Of a DNA stretch of 64,000 nt, positions 39,644-49,460 are shown one piece after another. The DNA lies in IMG/VR virus record IMGVR_UViG_3300024346_000044, positions 8,294 through 72,293 of that record; one strand, 5' to 3'. The first letter of the stretch is position 1. Each line of letters starts with the position of its first letter. Position numbers and translations under genes: made by a program. Under the pieces are notes generated by a model. It searched no databases, was not told the origin of the DNA, and was given only the letters and a program-made list of their open reading frames with translations. The DNA comes from a virus.

Positions 39644-40717
39644 ATGCCAAGAAAAAAATCAATATCAGCGGCTGTGTCCTCTGAAATAAGATCTAATTTT
39701 AATTTAGATAATTTTAAAAATAAAAAAGGTCTATCATCAAAAGCCAAATTTAAAGACCAGGAATGGATCCCTCTTTCTGATGCTTATCAAGAAATAACAT
39801 CTGTTCCTGGAATACCTATGGGGCATATTGTTTTGTTAAGAGGACATTCAGATACAGGTAAAACAACCGCTTTACTAGAAGCTGCAGTATCCGCACAAAA
39901 AACAAAGATACTGCCTGTTTTTATTATTACTGAAATGAAGTGGAATTGGGAACATGCTAAGCAAATGGGATTGCAAATTGATGAAGTAATAGATAAAGAA
40001 ACCGGAGAAATTATAGACTATACAGGTAATTTTATTTATGTAGATAGAGAAACTATAAATACAATTGAAGATGTTTCTAGCTTTATTTTAGATTTAATAG
40101 ATGAACAGAAAAAAGGTGATTTACCTTATGATTTACTATTCTTATGGGATTCAATTGGATCAGTACCTTGTGAAATGTCTGTAAAATCAAATAAAAATAA
40201 TAATGAATGGAATGCTGGTGCAATGTCTACTCAATTTGGTAATAACGTAAACCAAAGAATTACATTATCAAGAAAAGAATCATCACCGTTTACTAATACA
40301 TTAGTTTGTATCAATAAAGTATGGACAGCAAAAGCTGAATCACCAATGGGTAAACCTAAGTTAATGAATAAAGGTGGATTTGCTATGTGGTTTGATTCTA
40401 CATTTGTAGTAACATTTGGCAATATAATGTCTGCTGGAACTTCCAAAATTAAAGCAATTAAAGATGGTAAGCAAGTAGAATTTGCTAAACGTGTTAATGT
40501 TCAGATTGATAAAAACCATATTAATGGAGTTACAACAAGAGGTAGAATTGTAATGACACCTCATGGATTTATTTTAGATAATGATAAAGCATTAAAAACT
40601 TATAAAGAACAAAATGCTAAAGCCTGGAAAGAAATTCTAGGAGGTGGTGATTTTAAAATAGTAGAGGAAGACCAAAACTATGAAGATATTACCTCATATA
40701 TAGGAGAACCCGAATAA
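39644..40717 (+). CDS. uvsX: RecA/UvsX-like recombinase
   Basis: GIPMGHIVLLRGHSDTGKT Walker A, LWDSIG Walker B, KGG, KNH. Confidence 0.88.
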   Translation: MPRKKSISAAVSSEIRSNFNLDNFKNKKGLSSKAKFKDQEWIPLSDAYQEITSVPGIPMGHIVLLRGHSDTGKTTALLEAAVSAQKTKILPVFIITEMKWNWEHAKQMGLQIDEVIDKETGEIIDYTGNFIYVDRETINTIEDVSSFILDLIDEQKKGDLPYDLLFLWDSIGSVPCEMSVKSNKNNNEWNAGAMSTQFGNNVNQRITLSRKESSPFTNTLVCINKVWTAKAESPMGKPKLMNKGGFAMWFDSTFVVTFGNIMSAGTSKIKAIKDGKQVEFAKRVNVQIDKNHINGVTTRGRIVMTPHGFILDNDKALKTYKEQNAKAWKEILGGGDFKIVEEDQNYEDITSYIGEPE

Positions 40718-40720
40718 ATT

Positions 40721-41746
40721 ATGAAACAAAAAGAATTATTAAAACTCCTGGACGATGTTCAGGAGAACGGAAAAGAGACTGCTTCTGGTGAAAGATTTTT
40801 ATTAATAGATGGATTAAATTTATTTTTTAGAAACTTTGCTGTAATGAATATGGTAAATCCTGATGGGGTACATATTGGAGGTTTAGGTGGATTTTTTAGG
40901 TCACTAGGTGCTGAAATCAGAAGAATCGAACCTACCCAAGTATATGTAATATTTGATGGAGTTGGTTCTTCTAATAACAGAAAAAATATAATACCCGAAT
41001 ATAAATCAGGTAGAGATCTACAGCGTATTACAAATTGGGAGGTATTCGATAATCATGATGAAGAAGATGATTCAAAGGTAGACCAAATTGTTAGAATTAT
41101 TCATTATTTAAAAACTTTACCAGTTAAAACTATATCTATTGATAAAGTTGAAGCTGATGATATTATTGCCCATTTAAGTAGAATTTTACCTAAAAATGAT
41201 AAAGACAAAGCATTTATAGTATCTAGTGATAAAGATTTCATCCAGTTAGTAAGTGAAAATGTATTTTTATATAGACCAATGGAAAAGGAATATTATACTA
41301 GGCAAACTGTTTATGACAAATATAATATGTCCCCTGAAAATTTTATATTACATAAAACACTTTTAGGAGATAATTCTGATAAAATTAAAGGAGTTAAAGG
41401 ACTAGGAGAAAAAGGATTATATAAAAAATTTCCTGAATTACAAGAACGTGATTTAACTTTAAAAGATATAATCCAAATATCAGAATCAAAATTTAAAGAG
41501 CATGTAGTATATGCTCGTATAGTTCAAATGGTTAATGAGTTAGAAAAAAATTATAAAGTAATGGATTTATCCAACCCAATGATCGATGAAAGAGATAAAG
41601 AATATTTAAAAGAGATTGTCGATTCAAAAGAGCTTTCGTATATTCCCGAACAGTTCGTAGCAATGTATCACCAAGATAAATTGGGAGGAATGATCAGAAA
41701 TGTAGATTTCTGGGTAAAAGATGTTTTCGCAAAATTAGTTATATGA
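40721..41746 (+). CDS. 5'-3' exonuclease / RNase H (FEN/PIN fold)
   Basis: LIDGLN, IFDG, YKSGR, EADDII, SSDKDF, GDNSDKIKGVKGLG. Confidence 0.92.
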   Translation: MKQKELLKLLDDVQENGKETASGERFLLIDGLNLFFRNFAVMNMVNPDGVHIGGLGGFFRSLGAEIRRIEPTQVYVIFDGVGSSNNRKNIIPEYKSGRDLQRITNWEVFDNHDEEDDSKVDQIVRIIHYLKTLPVKTISIDKVEADDIIAHLSRILPKNDKDKAFIVSSDKDFIQLVSENVFLYRPMEKEYYTRQTVYDKYNMSPENFILHKTLLGDNSDKIKGVKGLGEKGLYKKFPELQERDLTLKDIIQISESKFKEHVVYARIVQMVNELEKNYKVMDLSNPMIDERDKEYLKEIVDSKELSYIPEQFVAMYHQDKLGGMIRNVDFWVKDVFAKLVI

Positions 41747-43107
41747 CATTAAAAACTTTAAACCAATACGGTCCTCACTTTCAAGTAAGAGTACTGTCTT
41801 CATTATTAAATCATAAGGATTTTTTAACAAATATCCATGATATTTTAAGTGAGGATTATTTTGATAACCAATCCCATAAATGGATAATATCAGAAATCTT
41901 AAAATATTACGATAAGTATCACACTACTCCCTCAATGGATGTTCTTAAAATAGAACTACAAAAGATAGAAAATGAAGTATTAGGTTTAGGTATTAAAACT
42001 GAATTAGGTTTAGCATATAGGGTAGATGAAGATGATTCTAATTACATTCAAGAAGAATTCTCATCATTTTGTAAAAACCAACAACTTAAAAAGGCATTAT
42101 TAGGTAGTGTAGATTTGCTAAAAATGGGGGATTATGACTCCATCAAAAACTTAATTGGCAACGCATTAAAAGCAGGCCAGGATAAAAACATAGGACATGA
42201 ATATAAAAAAGACATTGAATCTAGATATAGGGAAGACCATAGAACAACAATTGCAACCCCTTGGGAAAAAATTAATGATATACTCCAAGGTGGACTTGGA
42301 AATGGTGATTTTGGCCTTATATTTGGTAATCCAGGAGGTGGTAAATCTTGGACATTAGTAGCATTAGGTGGATCTGCAGTAAGAGCAGGTTATAATGTTT
42401 TACACTATACCTTAGAATTAGGTGAAAAGTATGTAGGAAGACGTTATGATGCTTTCTTTAGCAATATACCAGTTGACAATATTACTAAAAATAGAGAAAA
42501 AATAGAAGGAATAGTAGATAAAATCCCAGGTAATTTAATTATAAAAGAATTTCCAACAGGAAAGGCAACAGTTTCTACACTAGAATCACATATCAAAAAA
42601 GTTACAGACACAGGAGTTAAACCTGATTTAATTATAATAGATTATGTTGACTTACTTGGCACAAAAAAGCGAACAGTTGATCGTAAGAGTGAAATTGATG
42701 ATATTTATACTAGCACAAAAGGTCTCGCTCGAGAATTAGATATTCCAATTTGGAGTGTTTCTCAAGTTAACAGAGCTGGAGCTAATGATGCTATTGTAGA
42801 AGGAGATAAAGCAGCTGGATCTTATGATAAACTTATGATCACAGATGTTTGTGTATCCCTTTCTAGAAGAAAAGAAGATAAAGTTAATGGAACCGGTAGA
42901 TTCCATATAATGAAAAATAGATACGGAATGGATGGAATAACTTTTAGTGTTAAAGCTGATACCTCAACAGGTCATTTTAAAGTTTATGATTATGACCCTC
43001 ATGATGTAGTAGAAGAACCACAAAATAATGGATCTAGTCTTAAAAAAGATTTTTCTGATATGGATAAACAATTACTAAGAAGCAAATTACTAAATTTAAA
43101 CTCATAA
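41743..43107 (+). CDS. Replicative helicase (DnaB/gp41-like)
   Basis: GNPGGGKS, TLEL, IIIDYVDL, SQVNR, KNRYG. Confidence 0.93.
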   Translation: MTLKTLNQYGPHFQVRVLSSLLNHKDFLTNIHDILSEDYFDNQSHKWIISEILKYYDKYHTTPSMDVLKIELQKIENEVLGLGIKTELGLAYRVDEDDSNYIQEEFSSFCKNQQLKKALLGSVDLLKMGDYDSIKNLIGNALKAGQDKNIGHEYKKDIESRYREDHRTTIATPWEKINDILQGGLGNGDFGLIFGNPGGGKSWTLVALGGSAVRAGYNVLHYTLELGEKYVGRRYDAFFSNIPVDNITKNREKIEGIVDKIPGNLIIKEFPTGKATVSTLESHIKKVTDTGVKPDLIIIDYVDLLGTKKRTVDRKSEIDDIYTSTKGLARELDIPIWSVSQVNRAGANDAIVEGDKAAGSYDKLMITDVCVSLSRRKEDKVNGTGRFHIMKNRYGMDGITFSVKADTSTGHFKVYDYDPHDVVEEPQNNGSSLKKDFSDMDKQLLRSKLLNLNS

Positions 43108-43115
43108 ACTACAAA

Positions 43116-44102
43116 ATGACAAAAAGAAACCTAACCCAAGAGAGAGTAGTATACAAACCCTTTGAATACCCTCAAGCAGCAGATTATTGGTTAAAACAAC
43201 ACCAAGCACATTGGATTCACACAGAAGTGCCAATGATGTCTGATATAAATGATTGGAAGCAGAATTTAAATAAAACCGAAAAAAATATTATTGGTTCTAT
43301 TTTAAAAGGATTTGCTCAAACTGAAACAGTTGTTAATGATTATTGGACAGGATTAGTTACAAAATGGTTTCGAAAACCTGAAATAATTGCAATGGCTACT
43401 ACTTTTGGAGCTATGGAGACTATACATGCTGAAGCTTATTCTTTACTTAATGAAGAATTAGGTTTAGATGATTTTAGTGAATTTTTAGAAGATAAAACTA
43501 CAATGGCTAAAATTGAAACATTAATGAATGTTAGAGATAGTTTTAATGGTGAAGTAAATTGGCATGAAAGAGCCAAATCATTAGCTATATTTTCAGCATT
43601 TACAGAAGGAGTAAATTTATTTTCATCATTTGCTATTTTGCTCTCATTTAAAATGAGAAATAAACTTAAAGGAGTAGGTCAAATAGTAGAATGGAGTATA
43701 AGAGATGAATCTATGCACTCCGAAGCTGGATGTTGGTTATTTAAAACACTAATAGAGGAAAACCCCCATTTAAACACCCCAGAATTAGAAGCAGCAATAA
43801 ATGAAGCAGCTTTATTATCATTACAATTAGAGATTGATTTTATAGAAAAAGTATACGAGTTAGGTGATTTAGAGGGATGTTCTAAATATGATTTAATTAA
43901 TTTTATTAAAAATAGAGTTAATACAAAATTAGGAGATTTAGGGTATAATCCTATAGTAGGAGATGTAGATCTAACAGCAGTAAGTAATATGAAGTGGTTT
44001 GATGCTTTAAGTGCAGGAAAACAACATACAGATTTCTTTGCAAACAGAGTAACAAATTATAGTAAAGGACATTTAGAGTGGGATGCCTCGTCAATTTTTT
44101 AA
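43116..44102 (+). CDS. nrdB: Ribonucleotide reductase small subunit
   Basis: YKPFEYP, ETIHAEAY, EGVNLFSSF, DESMH, DFFANR. Confidence 0.95.
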   Translation: MTKRNLTQERVVYKPFEYPQAADYWLKQHQAHWIHTEVPMMSDINDWKQNLNKTEKNIIGSILKGFAQTETVVNDYWTGLVTKWFRKPEIIAMATTFGAMETIHAEAYSLLNEELGLDDFSEFLEDKTTMAKIETLMNVRDSFNGEVNWHERAKSLAIFSAFTEGVNLFSSFAILLSFKMRNKLKGVGQIVEWSIRDESMHSEAGCWLFKTLIEENPHLNTPELEAAINEAALLSLQLEIDFIEKVYELGDLEGCSKYDLINFIKNRVNTKLGDLGYNPIVGDVDLTAVSNMKWFDALSAGKQHTDFFANRVTNYSKGHLEWDASSIF

Positions 44103-44105
44103 ATT

Positions 44106-45815
44106 ATGGATAATAACTTAGTAGCAGATACAACAAAATGGGAAAAGGGTAAAGATTACCCTGAATGGATGAATGACGTAGCCTTATCTACAATCTCAAA
44201 AGGTTATTTATTGCCAAATGAAACACCTAAAAAGGCATATCGTAGAGTAGCAAACTCTGTAGCAACAAGATTAGGTAGACCTGATTTAGAAAGTAAGTTT
44301 TTTAAATACATCTGGAATGGTTGGATTGGTTTAGCTTCTCCTGTTTTATCAAACACAGGCACAGATAGAGGATTACCAATTTCATGTTTTGGTGTTGATA
44401 CCCCGGATTCAATTAGAGGAATTGGACTAACTAATGCAGAATTAATGAAACTTACTTCACAAGGTGGTGGAGTAGGTATTTCATTATCAAGAATTAGAGA
44501 AAGAGGTTCAACTATTAAAGGAAATGGAAAATCAGAAGGAGTAGTTCCATGGGCTAAAATATATGATTCAACTATAATAGCTACAAACCAAGGAAGTGTA
44601 CGAAGAGGAGCGGCTAGTGTTAATTTAGATATTAACCACCCTGATATTGGTGAATATCTTCAAATTAGAAGACCAAAAGGTGATCCCAATAGACAATGTT
44701 TAAACTTACACCAATGTGTGGTAGTAGATGATGCCTTTATGAGAAGGTTAAATGATAGAGACCCAGAATCAATGAATCTTTGGATGCAAATTTTAAAATC
44801 AAGAGTTGAAACTGGAGAACCTTACATAATGTTTAAAGATAATGTTAATAAGGATAATCCAATGGCTTATTTAATGAATAATCTAGATGTGTCAATGACC
44901 AATATTTGTTCAGAAATTACATTACATACAGATGAAGAACATAGTTTTATATGTTGTTTATCAAGTTTAAATTTAGCTAAATACGATGAATGGAAAGATA
45001 CAGATGTAGTTGAAACCGCTATTTATTTTCTTGATGGTATAATGGAAGAATTTATTCAAAAAACTAATGGTAAAGAATCAATGATTAGAACCCACAGACA
45101 TGCTAAAAAAGGTAGAGCATTAGGTTTAGGTGTAATGGGGTGGCATACGTTTTTACAAAAGAAAAATCTACCATTTAATTCTATTGCATCAACTGCCTGG
45201 ACTCATACGGTATTTTCACAAATAAAATTAAAAGCAGAAACTGCATCTCGTGAATTAGCAGAAGAATATGGAGAACCTTTATGGTGTAAAGGAACAGGTA
45301 TGAGAAATACTCATTTATTGGCGGTAGCACCAACAGTATCTAATTCTAGAATATCGGGATGCTCAGCAGGAATAGAACCACAACCCGCAAATGTTTATAC
45401 ATTTAATGGAGCTAAAGGTACATTTATAGTTAAAAACCCAGAATTAGTAAAAAAACTAAAAGAAAATGATCATGATACTGAAAAGGTATGGGATTCAATT
45501 TTAGTTGATAATGGTTCAGTACAGAATCTATCAAATAATATACTAAGCGAATCTGATAAAGAAGTATTTTTAACATTTTCAGAAGTAAATCAATTAGGTT
45601 TAATTCAACAAGCAGCTATTAGACAAAAATATATAGATCAAACCCAATCATTAAATTTATGTTTTGATCCAACAGATTCTCCAAAGTGGATAAATCAAGT
45701 ACACTTAGAGGCATGGAAATTAGGCATCAAAACACTATACTATTTACGAACTGACTCAGTTATTAAAGGAGATTTAGGATCCCGTGTAGCAGATTGTATT
45801 TCTTGTGAAGGGTAG
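44106..45815 (+). CDS. nrdA: Ribonucleotide reductase large subunit (short, no evident ATP cone)
   Basis: PISCF, GGGVG, RRGA, TNICSEI, CCLSSLNL, APTVS, KTLYY, C-terminal CISC. Confidence 0.95.
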   Translation: MDNNLVADTTKWEKGKDYPEWMNDVALSTISKGYLLPNETPKKAYRRVANSVATRLGRPDLESKFFKYIWNGWIGLASPVLSNTGTDRGLPISCFGVDTPDSIRGIGLTNAELMKLTSQGGGVGISLSRIRERGSTIKGNGKSEGVVPWAKIYDSTIIATNQGSVRRGAASVNLDINHPDIGEYLQIRRPKGDPNRQCLNLHQCVVVDDAFMRRLNDRDPESMNLWMQILKSRVETGEPYIMFKDNVNKDNPMAYLMNNLDVSMTNICSEITLHTDEEHSFICCLSSLNLAKYDEWKDTDVVETAIYFLDGIMEEFIQKTNGKESMIRTHRHAKKGRALGLGVMGWHTFLQKKNLPFNSIASTAWTHTVFSQIKLKAETASRELAEEYGEPLWCKGTGMRNTHLLAVAPTVSNSRISGCSAGIEPQPANVYTFNGAKGTFIVKNPELVKKLKENDHDTEKVWDSILVDNGSVQNLSNNILSESDKEVFLTFSEVNQLGLIQQAAIRQKYIDQTQSLNLCFDPTDSPKWINQVHLEAWKLGIKTLYYLRTDSVIKGDLGSRVADCISCEG

Positions 45816-45848
45816 TAAAGTTACACATATGTATACCAAAATACATTA

Positions 45849-46046
45849 ATGAAGTACTTAAAAAGATTTTGGAACTGGTTACTAGGAAAAACTACTCTTG
45901 ATGAAAAAATAAAAGAAAGAGTATATAGAATAAAAGAAGAATTTCAAGACGTTAAAGATTCTGTATCTGAACTTGTTGATCAAGCTGAAGATGTTATAGA
46001 TGCTGCTAAAGGTAAAAAACGAAGAGGCAGACCTAAGAAAAAATAA
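45849..46046 (+). CDS. Small basic-tailed protein at start of lysis cassette
   Basis: Amphipathic N-terminus, KKRRGRPKKK tail; behind late motif 45827. Confidence 0.6.
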   Translation: MKYLKRFWNWLLGKTTLDEKIKERVYRIKEEFQDVKDSVSELVDQAEDVIDAAKGKKRRGRPKKK

Positions 46047-46087
46047 TTAATTTTTAAGTTAATAGTTATTAAAAAAAATAAAGTTTT

Positions 46088-46351
46088 ATGAAGATTATAA
46101 ATTATATAAAACAAAAACTTATGGCTTTTAGAGATATGTTTAAAGATGACAACGATATTAATGAAAAAAATGTTGTTGGGTTTGCTGCATTCGCTATGAT
46201 GGTAATATTTGCTTTAGTAGATATTATAACAGGAATATATGGAAAGGAACTTCACGTACAAGAATATATCTATAACTCTTTTGTTATAATAACATTAGGT
46301 AGTTTTGGTATAGCAGAAGCAGGAAAAATTTTCGGTAAAAAAGACAATTAA
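46088..46351 (+). CDS. Two-TM holin-like protein (start may be 46121)
   Basis: Two hydrophobic helices; translationally coupled to the endolysin. Confidence 0.6.
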   Translation: MKIINYIKQKLMAFRDMFKDDNDINEKNVVGFAAFAMMVIFALVDIITGIYGKELHVQEYIYNSFVIITLGSFGIAEAGKIFGKKDN

Positions 46352-47298
46352 TGTTATTAAAAAAAGGATCAAAAGGCCCAGATGTTAAAGACTTGCAAGA
46401 GGCCTTAGGACTAGCAACTGATGGTATATTTGGCTCTGGTACAGAAGCAGCAGTAAAAGAATTCCAAAAAGAAAATGACTTAACCGTTGATGGTATAGTA
46501 GGTAGAGGAACTTGGGAAATGCTAGGTTTAGATACTGATGAATCAAGATGGGATGCTGCAATTGATAAAGATGATAAACTAGAACGTTTAGGTAAATATA
46601 CAACTAAAGGTGGTTTAGAAATAGATAGAGCTTATTTAGATGGAGATGAATTTGTAAGAGACTATGGTAAAATAGAACCATTAGGATTTTTTATTCATCA
46701 TACAGCTGGTTGGGATAATCCCTATAACACTATTAATAGTTGGAACCGAGATACAAGAGGTAGAGTAGCTACACAATATTGTATTGGTGGTACTAATGTA
46801 AAAGGAAAAGATGCACCTAATAATGGTGTAGTAGTTGAATGTTTTCCAAATAATTATTTAGGATGGCATTTAGGTAAAGTAGGTGGATTTGCTATTTCAA
46901 AATTTTCGGGAGGTGTAGAATTAAACAATTTTGGATATTTAACTAAAAAAGGAGATAAATACTATACTTATGTCAATACCGAAGTCCAACCAGAATATGT
47001 TTGTGATTTAGGATATAAATTTAGAGGTCACCAATACTGGCATGCTTACTCAGATAAGCAAATAGAAAGTTTAAGATTGCTTATTTTACATTTAAAAGAC
47101 ATTTACCCAAAGATGGACCTAGAAAATGGTATTCCTAAAATGTTAAAAGAAGGAGTTCACCCAAAAGAAGCATTTGAGTTTAATGAAGACGCATATAATG
47201 CAAAACAATTTGGGTTATGGTCACATACATCAGTAAGAAAAGATAAATTTGATTGCTTTCCTCAAGAAGAACTTGTTAATATGTTAAAAAATTTTTAA
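46351..47298 (+). CDS. Endolysin: peptidoglycan-binding domain plus amidase_2
   Basis: LKKGSKG..V..LQ..L...DGIFG..T..AV..FQ...L..DGIVG; HHTAG, WHLG, HTSVRKDKFD. Confidence 0.92.
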   Translation: MLLKKGSKGPDVKDLQEALGLATDGIFGSGTEAAVKEFQKENDLTVDGIVGRGTWEMLGLDTDESRWDAAIDKDDKLERLGKYTTKGGLEIDRAYLDGDEFVRDYGKIEPLGFFIHHTAGWDNPYNTINSWNRDTRGRVATQYCIGGTNVKGKDAPNNGVVVECFPNNYLGWHLGKVGGFAISKFSGGVELNNFGYLTKKGDKYYTYVNTEVQPEYVCDLGYKFRGHQYWHAYSDKQIESLRLLILHLKDIYPKMDLENGIPKMLKEGVHPKEAFEFNEDAYNAKQFGLWSHTSVRKDKFDCFPQEELVNMLKNF

Positions 47299-47303
47299 TA
47301 AAT

Positions 47304-47717
47304 ATGAAAACCTCTACGATAATTCTATCAACATCTGCATTACTTTCTTTTATAGGTTCTTATTTTTTAGATTTAACTTTAGATAATGCCGATCAGTTTT
47401 TATCAATTGCCTGTGTAGTTCTACTAGATGGTGTTTTTGGTATAATGGCGGGAATTAAAAGAGAAGGATTTAAAACATATAAGGCTTTAAGCGTTTTAAG
47501 AACTGTAGTAATATGGTGGGTTCTTTTAGGAGTAATATTAACCGTAGAAAAGTCATTTGCAGGGACAGCTTGGCTTAGTGAAACTGTGGTTGTACCTTTC
47601 CTGTTGTTTCAAATTATTAGCGCCCTTAAAAATGCTTCTATGGCTGGATTTATAAAAATAGATCTTTTAAATAAAATATTAGACAAAATAGATAAGCATA
47701 AGGGTTTAAGAAATTAA
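47304..47717 (+). CDS. Holin (phage_holin_4-like)
   Basis: Multiple TMs; LD..FG...G, SALKN..G, charged C-terminus; adjacent to endolysin. Confidence 0.75.
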   Translation: MKTSTIILSTSALLSFIGSYFLDLTLDNADQFLSIACVVLLDGVFGIMAGIKREGFKTYKALSVLRTVVIWWVLLGVILTVEKSFAGTAWLSETVVVPFLLFQIISALKNASMAGFIKIDLLNKILDKIDKHKGLRN

Positions 47718-47727
47718 ATTTTATATT

Positions 47728-48897
47728 ATGTTTAAAAAAATACAAGAAAGAGCATTCCCGTTCTTAATAGCTCTATCGGCTTTATCAGTATCAGCTTCAG
47801 CTGCTTTTTATTCAATTAGTGGATTATCAAAATTATTTGCTGGGGCAGCTTTTGCAGTTATAGTAATGTCTGCTTCATTAGAAGTTGCTAAATTAGTAAT
47901 AGCATCTTTACTTTATCAATACCGTAAAACCTTACCATTTTTACTAAAATCCTATTTATCAGTGGCGTGTGTTGTGCTGATACTAATAACTTCAATGGGT
48001 ATTTACGGCTTCCTATCGGCAGCATACCAAACGACGGCAAATAAAGAGGGTAATGCAGAATCTCGCATAGTATTAATAGAAACTAAAAGAGATAATATCA
48101 AGGACCAATTAGAGGTTTATACTGGAGAAAAGTCATCTATAAATGAAGCAGTATCAGAACTTAGGAAAGGACTATCTAATAATAAAATACAGTGGAGAGA
48201 TAAAGAAACAGGTCAAATTATTACTTCAACATCGAGTAGAACTAGAAAAGCATTAGAAAAGCAACTAGACCAAGCTATAATCAGACAAACAGAAATAAAT
48301 GCTAAAGTAGATGTTTTAAATGAAAAAATATTTAAATATGAAACTGAAATAGTAGAAACTAGAATAGGAGATGGTTCTACAAGTGAACTGGGGCCGCTTA
48401 AATATCTATCAGGGTTAACAGGTTTACCCATGGATAAAATTATAAATTATCTTTTATTAACAATAATATTTGTATTTGATCCTTTAGCTATAGCATTAGT
48501 AATAGCTGCTAATTTTGCATTTGCAAGATTAAATAATAATAAAAAACAAAATATATATGGTGAGATTGTAAAAATAAGACAAAAACCCACAGACACAAAA
48601 TCAGATTTAATATTTAAAGATGCTATAGCTTCCCCTATATCTGATACTGAAGATTTTCTTGAAGAGGAAGTAGAAGAAAAACAGGAAGAGAGAAAAGCCG
48701 AGAGGGTTAAAGCCCCAACACCTCCTTCTTCTACTGAATCTTCTATTAATCAAAAATTAAAAGAATTAAAACAACGTTTATCAAATACACCAAAAACAAA
48801 AAGGGTAGGTCCTAACTCAATAAAATCTTTAAAATCCCAAATTGAATCTCTTAAAAAAGACAACGATAAAGATGATGATTTAACAATTCTTTATTAA
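47728..48897 (+). CDS. Multi-TM membrane protein with long coiled coil
   Basis: Three N-terminal TMs (LEVAKL, GIYGFLS), coiled coil, ELGPLKY, IFVFDPLAI TM. Confidence 0.7.
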   Translation: MFKKIQERAFPFLIALSALSVSASAAFYSISGLSKLFAGAAFAVIVMSASLEVAKLVIASLLYQYRKTLPFLLKSYLSVACVVLILITSMGIYGFLSAAYQTTANKEGNAESRIVLIETKRDNIKDQLEVYTGEKSSINEAVSELRKGLSNNKIQWRDKETGQIITSTSSRTRKALEKQLDQAIIRQTEINAKVDVLNEKIFKYETEIVETRIGDGSTSELGPLKYLSGLTGLPMDKIINYLLLTIIFVFDPLAIALVIAANFAFARLNNNKKQNIYGEIVKIRQKPTDTKSDLIFKDAIASPISDTEDFLEEEVEEKQEERKAERVKAPTPPSSTESSINQKLKELKQRLSNTPKTKRVGPNSIKSLKSQIESLKKDNDKDDDLTILY

Positions 48898-48902
48898 AAA
48901 TA

Positions 48903-48935
48903 TTTGGCTTCCTAAATAAGGGTTCGTATATTTAC
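48903..48935 (+). promoter_or_regulatory. Bacteroidota sigma70-type promoter for the deazaguanine operon
   Basis: TTTG 48903, CGTATATTTAC with TA at 48927. Confidence 0.7.
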
Positions 48936-48938
48936 TAC

Positions 48939-49460
48939 ATGGATAAATTGAGAACCCAATACATTTTCAACATAGACAAAGAACACGTTACACAAGAGAT
49001 ATCAAAATTACAACCACTTAATTATAACCAATTTAGATGGTGGAGACGATTTGATTCACCAAATAAACCCCTTCATAAAAATTCAGATTTATTAGATAAA
49101 ATTCAAAATGGGGACTTTGATTTTTCACATTATTTTTGGCAGGCAAAATATACAGAAATGGAAATGGATGAAATTCATAATGAGGTCTGGCCTGACTCAG
49201 TTAAATATAAGGAAAAAACTTCAATCCATGGTGCCCGAAGACAACGTTTATGGGCTGACTTTGAAAAAGACGAACAAGAAAAACTCAATAGCATATATAA
49301 AGAATTTCCTCTTTCTATTAGAATGACTCGTAAACAAGTAAGAGAAGGAATAGAAGAATTTGGAGGTACGCTAGAGGATTATTATCATTACTGTAAAGAT
49401 AAGTTTGGAGCAAGACACAAACGATTAGAAACAAGAGGAAGACCAAGAAAAGTTATATGA
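48939..49460 (+). CDS. Hypothetical protein heading the deazaguanine operon
   Basis: Aromatic-rich (YNQFRWWRR, KIQNGDF), RGRPRK tail; overlaps the next gene (ATGA). Confidence 0.65.
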   Translation: MDKLRTQYIFNIDKEHVTQEISKLQPLNYNQFRWWRRFDSPNKPLHKNSDLLDKIQNGDFDFSHYFWQAKYTEMEMDEIHNEVWPDSVKYKEKTSIHGARRQRLWADFEKDEQEKLNSIYKEFPLSIRMTRKQVREGIEEFGGTLEDYYHYCKDKFGARHKRLETRGRPRKVI

